Below, piece after piece: positions 38,458-47,339 of a DNA stretch of 64,000 nucleotides. Source of the stretch: an uncultured Candidatus Saccharibacteria bacterium (GTDB taxonomy: Bacteria; Patescibacteriota; WWE3; UBA101185; UBA10185); NCBI GenBank assembly GCA_964490125.1, contig CAZBAJ010000004.1:7662-71661 (forward strand), given 5' to 3'. Within the stretch, counting starts at the first letter, position 1, and every line of letters starts with the position of its first letter. Under the pieces are notes generated by a model. It did not search any database, was not told the DNA's origin, and worked only from the letters and a program-made list of their open reading frames with translations. A program made the position numbers and the translations under genes.

Positions 38458-39668
38458 TTTAAAATTGGACGTAAGAATTCGCGTTTACCGAATTTAATTA
38501 CCGTATCGGGATCCTTTATGACTTTCGCATTAAAGTTGGTTTCCTTCTGTCCGTCAACTTCCACCCCGCCTTGTTCTATTGTCCTTTTTATGTCGCTGGA
38601 CGAATATCTCTCTCCTACCGCAAGTTTTAGAAATTCCAGCAAGGTGACGCCCTCCGCTGTTTTTACTTCCACAATATTTTCCTGGGCAACTTCCTTTTTT
38701 TGCACCGTCGTCTCAAAGTTCTTTTCAGCTTTTTCAGCGTCGGCAAGCCCGTAAATAACTTCCACAATTCTTTTAGCCATAAGTTTTTTATAAAGCATTG
38801 GGTTTTCTCCGTTTGATAGAGCGACCTTAATTTGGGCAATTTCCTCAAGCGGTGTTTCCGTTAAAAGTTCCAAGCCGATTAAAATATGGCTATCGTCGTA
38901 CGACATGGCCTTGCCGTACATAGCTTCCGGCGGATCGGAAAGATTTATACCATTGCCTTTAGTTTTACTCATAGTACGACAGTCCGGCGCGTCCATCATA
39001 GTATTTGCCCGCACAAACATCTCTTTGCCTAAGTAAGCTTTAACAACCTGCCTTGCTGTAAGCATGTTAAAAATCTGGTCAGTTCCGCCAATTTGCAGGT
39101 CGACTTCCATAGCCACGCTGTCGTAACCTTGCATTAACGGATAAATGAACTCTTGGAGTTGAATAGGATCTTTGGAGGCTAGACGGCGCTGAAAATTGTC
39201 GCGCTCAATCATTTGTTGGACTGTGGCATGCGACATTAGCGTTATTAACTGCGCTAACTTAAGTTTGGAAAGCCATTCGTAATTTCTTTTAAACTGCACG
39301 GGATTTTCGCCCTCAAAATCAATCAGTCGGGAGGCTTGCTCCTTCCAACCCGCCATGTTTTTTTGGATTTCTTCATCGGTTAAAATTTTACGGGCGGAGT
39401 CTTTATCGGGGTCGCCTACTTTGGCTGTATAGTCGCCCACCAGAAAAATTACCTCATGTCCCATTTCCTGCAAAAGTCGTAAAGCTCTAATACCCATTGC
39501 GTGACCAACATGTAAATAAGGTCCGGTAGGGTCAAAGCCTTGGTAGACTTTTATTCTGTCGCCACTCAGCAACTTTTTTCTTAACTCGCCCACACTCGGA
39601 AAAATATTGGCTACTCCCCTAGTTAGGAACTTTTCTATCTTTTCTTGGTCGACAATAATTTTTGACAT
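38454..39668 (-). CDS. tyrS: Tyrosine--tRNA ligase
   Basis: Class I HIGH motif HVGH, a KMSKS-like TMSKT motif and a C-terminal S4-like domain. The start was chosen at MSKIIVDQEK. Confidence 0.8.
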   Translation of the reverse strand: MSKIIVDQEKIEKFLTRGVANIFPSVGELRKKLLSGDRIKVYQGFDPTGPYLHVGHAMGIRALRLLQEMGHEVIFLVGDYTAKVGDPDKDSARKILTDEEIQKNMAGWKEQASRLIDFEGENPVQFKRNYEWLSKLKLAQLITLMSHATVQQMIERDNFQRRLASKDPIQLQEFIYPLMQGYDSVAMEVDLQIGGTDQIFNMLTARQVVKAYLGKEMFVRANTMMDAPDCRTMSKTKGNGINLSDPPEAMYGKAMSYDDSHILIGLELLTETPLEEIAQIKVALSNGENPMLYKKLMAKRIVEVIYGLADAEKAEKNFETTVQKKEVAQENIVEVKTAEGVTLLEFLKLAVGERYSSSDIKRTIEQGGVEVDGQKETNFNAKVIKDPDTVIKFGKREFLRPILK

Positions 39669-39710
39669 GTTGGGTAGAATATACCACCGCAAAGGTGTTA
39701 AAATCAAAAG

Positions 39711-42446
39711 ATGATTAGGTCTAACCCTAGAACCAGAAGGAAAATATCCGCTTTTGTTTCTAAAGTCAGAGCAAAATTTAGTAGGACGACGGGTAGAGGG
39801 GCGACTTTGGGCGATTCTGCAGGTAGAAATGTAGTATTAGTGCGACGCAGGTACGCCAGCAAAAAATTGATGTTACTTACTTATTTTGCCACGGCGCTGT
39901 TGGTAAGTATTATAGGGTTTTTTGTTTTAACAATGGTGGTTTTTGCGGTTTACTCGTATCAACTCCCTTCGCCTGACAAACTTCTTAACCGTAGTCAGGA
40001 GCTGTCAACCAAGATTTTGGACAGAAACGGAAAGCCAATTTACGAGGTATATGGTGAAAAAAACCGCGAATTAATACAAATAAACGATATTGGCGTGAAT
40101 CTTCAGTATGCAACTTTAGCAACAGAAGACTCCGATTTTTATACCCATAGCGGATTTTCTCCCAGAGGTATGATTAGAGCTTTAAGAAACACTTTTTTTG
40201 GCGGGGATTTGCAGGGCGGTTCCACGCTTACTCAACAGGTGGTAAAAAATACGCTTTTGTCGCAGGAACGCACGGTAACAAGAAAGATTAAGGAATTTGT
40301 GTTGGCGTTGCAATTGGAAAGCAAATACTCTAAAAACGAGATTTTGCAAATGTATTTAAACGAAACACCTTACGGAGGTCAAAATTACGGAGTTTTGACA
40401 GCGTCTAAGGCATATTTTAATAAAGAGCCTAAGGATTTAACCTTGGCGGAATCGGCGTATTTGGCGGGTTTGCCTCAAAGTCCGTCCACCTACTCCTATT
40501 ATAGTAGTGACCCTGCAAAGGGCTTGGCGCGCAAAGACTATGTTTTGTACTTAATGAAGGTTCGTGGTTGGATGGGAGTTGACGGGAAAAGACATTTTAT
40601 TAGTGACGAAGATTACGAGGGCGCCAAAAAAGAGGAACTTAAATTTGAGCGCGCTCACGCCTCTTTTTTGGCGCCCCACTTCGTCTTTTATGTTAAAGAA
40701 CTTTTAGCCCAAAAATACGGCGAAGACCGTGTTGAGGGTGGCGGATTAATAGTTACAACCAGCTTGGATTTAACTGTCCAAGAAATGGCAGAAAAAATCG
40801 TTAAAGAAGAAGTCGCCAAAGCTAAAAACCTAAATGTGGGTAATGGCGCAATGGTGGTGATTGATCCTAAAACCGGTCAAATTTTGGCAATGGTAGGTTC
40901 TAAAGACTACTTTGGCGACACCGAACCTGAAAACTGCGTTTCCGGTGCCACGGGGGAAGGTTCGTGCGTGTTTGATCCCAACTTAAATGTCACACTTGCT
41001 TTGCGCCAACCCGGGTCGTCCATAAAACCTATAACTTACGCTACCATGCTTTCCCAAGGCTACACCGCATCCTTCCCGTTTATGGATGTTCCAACCACTT
41101 TTGAAAATATGGCGGGTCAAATGGTCTACAAACCGGAAAATTACGACGGCACTTTCCGCGGACCCATGTCGCTCCGCAAATCTCTGGGTAACTCTTTAAA
41201 CATTCCAGCGGTAAAAGCGCTAAAGATTGCGGGAATTTCTAACATGGTCGACCAGGCAAAAAAAATGGGCATTACTACTTTTAGTCGACCGGAAGGCTAC
41301 GGGTTGGCGCTAACCTTGGGTGGCGGTGAGACTAAACTTTTGGAAATGACCGGTGCGTTTAGCGTTTTTGCTGCCAAGGGCATGTTTAGACCACCGGAGG
41401 CTTTGTTGGAGGTTAAAGACGCTGGTGGCGCCTTGCTGTATAAGTGGGTTGACACAGGTGGGACTCGGGCGTTAAGCGAAGAAGTGGCTTTTTTAATTTC
41501 TGATATTTTGGCGGACGACGGCGCGCGAAGCGAGGCTTTTGGTTTTGGCAGTTTGTTAAATATTCCCGGACATCAGGTGGCGGTAAAAACAGGAACTACC
41601 GACGACAAGCGTGATAACTATGCCATGGGTTTTACACCCTACATTGTTATGGGTGCTTGGGTGGGCAATAATAATAACGACAAAATGAATCCGTATTTGG
41701 CGTCCGGTATAACAGGAGCCACACCAATCTACAACCGGTTTATGAAGGAATATATTAAGCTGTATTATGGCGACGACTCTAAAAAGCCCATTGAAAAGTT
41801 TGAACCGCCCAAGAACATCAAAAAAATGGAGGTGGACAAACTGACTGGTATGTTGCCCACAGGAGAATATGACCGACGGCAAGAGTGGTTTGTTACCGGT
41901 ACAGAGCCTACGGCGGTGAGCGACTGGTATCAAAAGCTGGAAGTCTGCAAGGTGGATGGAAAGATTGCTAATCAGGCTTGTAAGGATGCAGGTAAATCAA
42001 AGCAAAAAACCTATATTAAAATAAAAGCCGAGCTTCCGGAATGGCAGGACTTTGTGGACAATTGGGTGGCGGAGCGGTTTAAGGACGATGATACTTATTT
42101 CCCGCCCACTTCTACCTCCCGACTTTCCTTTGACAGCGACGGCAAATCTTCTGGCGACAAGATTTCTGCCGACATTGTAGGTTTTACGGACGGTCAAACG
42201 GTGCCACTAGAGTTTAGGTTAAAGGTTGACGCTTGGAGTGAAGACGAAATCGACCAAGTAAGTATTTATTTAGACGACGAGAAGGTTACTGACGACGGCT
42301 CCTTTCCTTACGGTTACAACTTTGTCTTTAAACCGTCCGACGCCGGGGAAAAAGAATTTAGAATAAAAGCCCGTGATAAAAACGGTCGCACCGCTGAAGA
42401 TAAAATAAAGCTTATCATCTATGGTGGTGATAATACCGCAAATTAA
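39711..42446 (+). CDS. Class A penicillin-binding protein (bifunctional transglycosylase/transpeptidase, PBP1A-type)
   Basis: Has the GT51 motifs (EDSDFYTHSGFSPRG, QGGSTLTQQ) and the transpeptidase SxxK (GSSIKP) and KTGT motifs. A C-terminal ~150-aa extension is present. Confidence 0.8.
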   Translation: MIRSNPRTRRKISAFVSKVRAKFSRTTGRGATLGDSAGRNVVLVRRRYASKKLMLLTYFATALLVSIIGFFVLTMVVFAVYSYQLPSPDKLLNRSQELSTKILDRNGKPIYEVYGEKNRELIQINDIGVNLQYATLATEDSDFYTHSGFSPRGMIRALRNTFFGGDLQGGSTLTQQVVKNTLLSQERTVTRKIKEFVLALQLESKYSKNEILQMYLNETPYGGQNYGVLTASKAYFNKEPKDLTLAESAYLAGLPQSPSTYSYYSSDPAKGLARKDYVLYLMKVRGWMGVDGKRHFISDEDYEGAKKEELKFERAHASFLAPHFVFYVKELLAQKYGEDRVEGGGLIVTTSLDLTVQEMAEKIVKEEVAKAKNLNVGNGAMVVIDPKTGQILAMVGSKDYFGDTEPENCVSGATGEGSCVFDPNLNVTLALRQPGSSIKPITYATMLSQGYTASFPFMDVPTTFENMAGQMVYKPENYDGTFRGPMSLRKSLGNSLNIPAVKALKIAGISNMVDQAKKMGITTFSRPEGYGLALTLGGGETKLLEMTGAFSVFAAKGMFRPPEALLEVKDAGGALLYKWVDTGGTRALSEEVAFLISDILADDGARSEAFGFGSLLNIPGHQVAVKTGTTDDKRDNYAMGFTPYIVMGAWVGNNNNDKMNPYLASGITGATPIYNRFMKEYIKLYYGDDSKKPIEKFEPPKNIKKMEVDKLTGMLPTGEYDRRQEWFVTGTEPTAVSDWYQKLEVCKVDGKIANQACKDAGKSKQKTYIKIKAELPEWQDFVDNWVAERFKDDDTYFPPTSTSRLSFDSDGKSSGDKISADIVGFTDGQTVPLEFRLKVDAWSEDEIDQVSIYLDDEKVTDDGSFPYGYNFVFKPSDAGEKEFRIKARDKNGRTAEDKIKLIIYGGDNTAN

Positions 42447-44446
42447 CTTCTTATTCGAGCATCGAGGGTAGTTTTCAGATTGGTTAAGGTACGGTTGATG
42501 GACGCATTCGCTTGTTCCTGTGTTAAGTTTGTTTGGGGAAATATTTTAATTAGGACTGATCTCAAGTTTTTATCGAGGTGATCGTCCACATACTCCTCCA
42601 AAAACTCTACTTTAGCGATCTCATTCGATTTTGCCACGAAGTCGATTACTTTACCAACCGATAGATCTTTAGGTATCAGAAGCGATACATCAACACTCCG
42701 CCGGTCTAGAATATCTGCAACAATTCTTTGTGTTTGACGGTGAGCCGTCAATAGAACTTCTGTAAAGAGTGTAAAGCCGTTATATCTTATAGTTCCCAGA
42801 ACCTTGTCGTTATGTTTTATCTGGGCTTCTTGTGGTCTAACCTTTGTAATCGATATATCTCTCATGCCGAGTATCTTAAAAAGTCCGCCAAGAATAGAAG
42901 AGGTTTGTTTATGTAATTCTTTTGGACTTTTTTCCTTGTCAAAAACCAGGCATTCCAAAACCCGGACTTCCTTATAAGTTGCGTAATCTTTCTTGTCGCC
43001 CTGTTGCGTATAAACCTTGCCGACCTCAAAAAGTACACCACTTGGGATTTGATTCTTGATGTAGTTTGGAACGATGTTTTCTAAAGTGTCCGCGATGGAA
43101 AGTCGCAACGCATTTTTTTGAGAATTTTGCGAATTCTCTAGGACAATTTGATTTCCCGCGGATTTCTTGTCACGGGAAAGTATGCTGGAAACCAGTGGAT
43201 CTGTAATATGCTCGTGCGCGCCAAGTTGAACTAGCGCGTCGCGTAATGTTTCTTCAAATTTATAAATTTCCGAAGTAATTTCTTTAGGTGGCGCGCTTTG
43301 AATTTGTGCCGTAGGAATTTTTGTGTAGCCGTTTATGCGCAAAATGTCGGAAACTATATCGTCTTCCACTTCAATGTCGGTTCTAAAATACGGGACTATG
43401 AGTTTTTGCTCCCATTCGGAAACATCTTTCTCGCTAGAAATTTTAGTTTGTCTAATACTTTGCGAATTGTGATCGTAGACTACCTCGTAACCCAACCGGG
43501 TTAGAATATCCACAGCCATATCTTTTTCGATTTCAAAACCTGCTAGTGTTCTAAGACGGCTCGACCTTAGAACCATTTCCTTAGGTTGACTTTGTTTGGG
43601 GTTCCAGTCGACATTTTGGTAGTATTCCCCTCCCGCCAGCTCTAGAATCAAGTAAGTTGCGCGTTCTATGGCGTATTGCGTTAGGTTTGGATGTAAAAAT
43701 TTATCGTATCTTAAAACCGTCTCGTTTTGGATTTTTAATTTGCGTGACACTTTTCTAATAATGTTTTGATTGTAGTTTCCTGCGTCTAAAATTATGTCCG
43801 TTGTGTTTTTATCTACACCTGTTTCCCGTCCGCCAACAATTCCCCCGAGTACAGTTGCTACTCCATATTGAGTAAGAACAAACGCTTCTGGGTACAAAGT
43901 AACCTCGTCGCCCAGAAATGTACATAACCTCTCCTCATTGCGGGCTTTGCGGATCACAACCTCTTGCTTTCTGAACTTAGCTAAATCTTGGGCGTGCATG
44001 GGCTGACCAAGTTCCACCATGACATAATTTGTAATATCTACGATGTTATTAATCGAGGGTATTCCGTATTCCTCCAAACGATTTTTTAACCACACTGGCG
44101 ATGGTTTTACCTTGATGTTTCTGAAAACTACAGTATTAAATCGATTGACGACATCGGAACATTCTACTTTAATGTCAACAAGTTGATTGGATGTAGGTTT
44201 TTTTCCTTCCTTTGTGTATGTCTGTGGTAGTTTTAAATCCCTGCCAAGATAGGCCGATAGATCTCGAGCGCAACCAAGTATCGAGAGCCAATCGGAGCGG
44301 TCAAAGCGGTGTTCCAAATCAAACACCCTTCCGTCAAAAGGTTTGTCTAACATTAAACCAATTTGCGTAAAAGCATCGCTGATCTCTGTTGGCGACAAGC
44401 CCTCCAAGTCGACATATTCTTTTAGCCAGTCCAAAGGTATTCTCAC
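42443..44446 (-). CDS. pheT: Phenylalanine--tRNA ligase beta subunit (short form, 667 aa)
   Basis: N-terminal tRNA-binding/B3-4 domains are recognisable. Overlaps the PBP gene end by 4 nt. Confidence 0.75.
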   Translation of the reverse strand: MRIPLDWLKEYVDLEGLSPTEISDAFTQIGLMLDKPFDGRVFDLEHRFDRSDWLSILGCARDLSAYLGRDLKLPQTYTKEGKKPTSNQLVDIKVECSDVVNRFNTVVFRNIKVKPSPVWLKNRLEEYGIPSINNIVDITNYVMVELGQPMHAQDLAKFRKQEVVIRKARNEERLCTFLGDEVTLYPEAFVLTQYGVATVLGGIVGGRETGVDKNTTDIILDAGNYNQNIIRKVSRKLKIQNETVLRYDKFLHPNLTQYAIERATYLILELAGGEYYQNVDWNPKQSQPKEMVLRSSRLRTLAGFEIEKDMAVDILTRLGYEVVYDHNSQSIRQTKISSEKDVSEWEQKLIVPYFRTDIEVEDDIVSDILRINGYTKIPTAQIQSAPPKEITSEIYKFEETLRDALVQLGAHEHITDPLVSSILSRDKKSAGNQIVLENSQNSQKNALRLSIADTLENIVPNYIKNQIPSGVLFEVGKVYTQQGDKKDYATYKEVRVLECLVFDKEKSPKELHKQTSSILGGLFKILGMRDISITKVRPQEAQIKHNDKVLGTIRYNGFTLFTEVLLTAHRQTQRIVADILDRRSVDVSLLIPKDLSVGKVIDFVAKSNEIAKVEFLEEYVDDHLDKNLRSVLIKIFPQTNLTQEQANASINRTLTNLKTTLDARIRS

Positions 44447-44458
44447 AGTTTTTTGACT

Positions 44459-45508
44459 TTAAATATACGCAAGTCCTCCATATAATTTTCTAATGTCGCT
44501 GATGCCAAATTTTGCCATAACTAGGCGGTCTAACCCCATACCCCAAGCAAAACCAGTATAAACTTCCGGATCAATTCCGCTCATTTTTAAGGTGTTGTAG
44601 TGAATCATGCCACAGCCCAAAACTTCCATCCAGCCCCGTTGCTTGCAAACCGTACAACCTGCGCCATTACAAAAGCGACATTTAACATCTACCCCCATGC
44701 CGGGCGACACTTCCGGATAATATTTATATCTAAATCGTAGCTCAATGTTGTCGTCCTCAAATAAGTATTGGTGAAACCTCTCCATTAACCACTTAAGATT
44801 CTGAATAGTAATTCCTTTGTCGACCACAAAACCCTGGTATTGATGAAAAAAAGAAGAATTTGTTGGATTGGCAGTCTCGTTTCTATAGCACTTCCCCGGT
44901 ACTACAACCCTTATTGGCGGTTTGTACGACTCTAAAATTCGTGCCTCTATAGACGAAGTATGCGTTCGTAGCAGAATATCTGGCTCACTAACAAACAATG
45001 TGTCCTGCAAATCTGTGGCGGGGTGACCCTCCGGCAAGTTAAGTCGCCTAAAATTGTACTCCGCAGTTTCAATTTCCGTTCCCTCGCCTATGGAAAAGCC
45101 GTAATATCTAAAAAACTCATTCATTTGGCGGATGACTTGAGTTGTGGGGTGCAAGTAGCCTGTTTTGACTGGTGGATACGGGATGGTTAAGTCGATGTCA
45201 GCGTCGGTAATTTGGGCTTGGTGGTAATCTTGTCGACCTTTTTCTATGCTTTCTTCAATATATTTTTTAAGCTCGTTTAATTTGGGACCCAGCTCCCTTT
45301 TTTCCTCCAGAGACAATTTTCCTAAGGATTTTATCTCCTGTGTCAGTAGTCCGTGGGTTTTGGAAAGATACTTTAAGTACAAGTCGTCAAAACAGCCCGA
45401 ACAAACCGCGACTTCTAAATCTTTATCAAAACGGCTTTTTAGTTCAAGGTCAGTAAGGTTGAGACTAGCCGATGTTTTAATCTCTTCTAAACTCTTTCTA
45501 CTTGACAT
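44459..45508 (-). CDS. pheS: Phenylalanine--tRNA ligase alpha subunit
   Basis: Has the class II motifs (FRYKYYPEVSPGMGVD, GWMEVLGCGM, GFAWGMGLDRL). Confidence 0.8.
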   Translation of the reverse strand: MSSRKSLEEIKTSASLNLTDLELKSRFDKDLEVAVCSGCFDDLYLKYLSKTHGLLTQEIKSLGKLSLEEKRELGPKLNELKKYIEESIEKGRQDYHQAQITDADIDLTIPYPPVKTGYLHPTTQVIRQMNEFFRYYGFSIGEGTEIETAEYNFRRLNLPEGHPATDLQDTLFVSEPDILLRTHTSSIEARILESYKPPIRVVVPGKCYRNETANPTNSSFFHQYQGFVVDKGITIQNLKWLMERFHQYLFEDDNIELRFRYKYYPEVSPGMGVDVKCRFCNGAGCTVCKQRGWMEVLGCGMIHYNTLKMSGIDPEVYTGFAWGMGLDRLVMAKFGISDIRKLYGGLAYI

Positions 45509-45596
45509 ATACTTTTGATTATACTACAATAGCAACATCACCATGGAAGGAATACCAAAGGGTTTTGTCCCCAGGGAATACCTTCCTTTTTTGTGC

Positions 45597-46097
45597 CTAT
45601 TTCTCGACTTTATTTCTGAACATTGTTACGACTGTTATGTAATTACCGAATTCCCTCAGTAGTGAAGAGTATTTATGATTTGGAACTACAATTTTTACTA
45701 GTTTGTTGTTTTGTTCTAAATACTTCGCGAGGCAGTAAAAATCGCCATCGCCGGAAACAATTACAGCGCCGCCATAATTAGGAAATTCTGCCATAGTATG
45801 TAAAACCAGTTCCGAATCTACATTGCCTTTTATTACAATCTGTCCGCTTTGAGTTTTCTCTATGACAGGTTTAAAGATAAGTTCGTATCCGTTTTTCTCT
45901 AATTCATCGTAAAGTTTCTGACGACTTGGTATGTAGCCTATAAATAGAAAAGCTTTTGATACGCTGTAAGAGTCCTTTAGATAAATTCTAAACTTCTTAA
46001 AATCCAGTTTCCAGCCTTGCGACCGAACACCTAGATTAAGGTTTTGACTGTCGATAAAAGCGTAGATAGGTTTTTGGTTTTGTAATAATTCGGACAT
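45597..46097 (-). CDS. NYN-domain (LabA-like) protein
   Basis: Has the NYN/PIN-like acidic residues FIDSQNL...GNVDSEL...VSGDGDF. Confidence 0.6.
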   Translation of the reverse strand: MSELLQNQKPIYAFIDSQNLNLGVRSQGWKLDFKKFRIYLKDSYSVSKAFLFIGYIPSRQKLYDELEKNGYELIFKPVIEKTQSGQIVIKGNVDSELVLHTMAEFPNYGGAVIVSGDGDFYCLAKYLEQNNKLVKIVVPNHKYSSLLREFGNYITVVTMFRNKVEK

Positions 46098-46159
46098 ACT
46101 AAATAAGTCGTACCGCTAACTAATCATCTTGCTGGGCGGGAATAGTTTTAAACCAATCT

Positions 46160-46516
46160 TTAACTCGTTAGGTGGGGCTTTACAACTTCCAAAACCGCTT
46201 TGAACCCGTCCATGTCAGAGTAAGCAAGTTCCGACAAAGATTTTCGGTCCAGTTCTATTTTTGCCTTCTTAAGTCCGGCTATAAACCGGCTGTACATTCT
46301 ATTCTCACCAGCAAGCGCTCCGCTTAGCCTGGCAATCCAAAGTCGTCTCATATCCCGTCGCCTAATTTTTCTACCTGCAAAAGCATGCTCCCCTGCCCTA
46401 ACAACTGCCTCATTAGCTTTTCTAAACTGCTTGCTTCTGGCACCTCTAAAACCCCGCGCTCCCGCCAAAACTTTAACTTTTTTTTGATGACCTCTTGGTC
46501 CGCCTTTAATTCTCAT
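46160..46516 (-). CDS. rplT: 50S ribosomal protein L20
   Basis: Typical L20 sequence (KVLAGARGFRGARSK...RRDMRRLWIARL). Confidence 0.85.
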   Translation of the reverse strand: MRIKGGPRGHQKKVKVLAGARGFRGARSKQFRKANEAVVRAGEHAFAGRKIRRRDMRRLWIARLSGALAGENRMYSRFIAGLKKAKIELDRKSLSELAYSDMDGFKAVLEVVKPHLTS

Positions 46517-46522
46517 AATTTA

Positions 46523-46735
46523 TTATAGGTTTTTCCCATACTTTCCGAGCATTTTCTTAAATCTGCCCTTAATTTTTTTGTTTTTAAATACGCCTACTAC
46601 CCTTGCCCTCTGCTTGTGTCCAGTTTTTTTATTGACCTTTAGGTGTTTTAGCCCCACCTTACTTTTGCGCACCACACCGTTTTTACTAATCTTTATTCTT
46701 CTTATTAAGGTTTTTCTAGTTTTTAACTTTGGCAT
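46523..46735 (-). CDS. rpmI: 50S ribosomal protein L35
   Basis: Starts MPKLKTRKTLIRRIK at the internal Met of the ORF-track entry. Confidence 0.8.
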   Translation of the reverse strand: MPKLKTRKTLIRRIKISKNGVVRKSKVGLKHLKVNKKTGHKQRARVVGVFKNKKIKGRFKKMLGKYGKNL

Positions 46736-46799
46736 TATAATCCTTTTGGTCAACACTACTCGCTACAAATTTATCAACTTTTCAGTTTCTCTAGTCAAG

Positions 46800-47306
46800 C
46801 TACTTCTTAACAAAAGTCACCGAAATTGTATTTCCCATCCGCTTTGGTTCCGATTCCACCTTGGCAAACGGCTCCATTAACTTAATAAACTTACCTATCT
46901 TTTCTTGCGCGACTTGGGGAAACATCGCTTGGCGGCCCTTCATCATCAAACTTACCTTAACCACATTCCCCTCTTCCAAAAACTCCACCGCCCGATTCAC
47001 GCGTTGTTGCGTGTCGCCCTCACTAATTGTTGTACTTAGTCGCAATTCCTTAAGCTCGGTTTGCTTGCTTTTACCCTTAGCGTCGCTCGACTTTTTGCGT
47101 TCAGCATACAAAAACTTGTTAAAGTCCACAATCTTTGCAACCGGAGGACTCGCATTTTCCGTTACCACTACAACATCCAGATCCTTTTCCTCGGCAATTT
47201 GCAAGGCTTTATGCGTTTCCATTACCCCAAGATTCTCACCCGTCGCCAACAGCACCCGTAACTGCGGGTACTTTATTCTATGATTTATTTGGTAATTTCG
47301 CTCTAT
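46800..47306 (-). CDS. infC: Translation initiation factor IF-3 with probable non-AUG (ATA) start
   Basis: The conserved N-terminal segment QINHRIKYPQLRVLLATGENLGV lies upstream of the track's GTG start. The in-frame ATA codon at 47306-47304 is 6 nt after a GGAGG SD (47317-47313). A TAG stop lies 12 codons upstream. Confidence 0.65.
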   Translation of the reverse strand: MERNYQINHRIKYPQLRVLLATGENLGVMETHKALQIAEEKDLDVVVVTENASPPVAKIVDFNKFLYAERKKSSDAKGKSKQTELKELRLSTTISEGDTQQRVNRAVEFLEEGNVVKVSLMMKGRQAMFPQVAQEKIGKFIKLMEPFAKVESEPKRMGNTISVTFVKK

Positions 47307-47339
47307 AGCTTTCCTCCGTGCAAAAATGCAAGCCTAAAG

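Noticed and set aside
45509-45596. T-box riboswitch upstream of pheS
   Set aside because: No T-box consensus (AGGGTGGNACCGCG-like) is present, so I report it only as an unclassified structured element.
46578-47283. ORFs 46578..46880 (+), 46861..47283 (+) and 47061..47261 (+) across rpmI/infC
   Set aside because: They are antisense to ribosomal protein and IF3 genes and therefore shadow ORFs.
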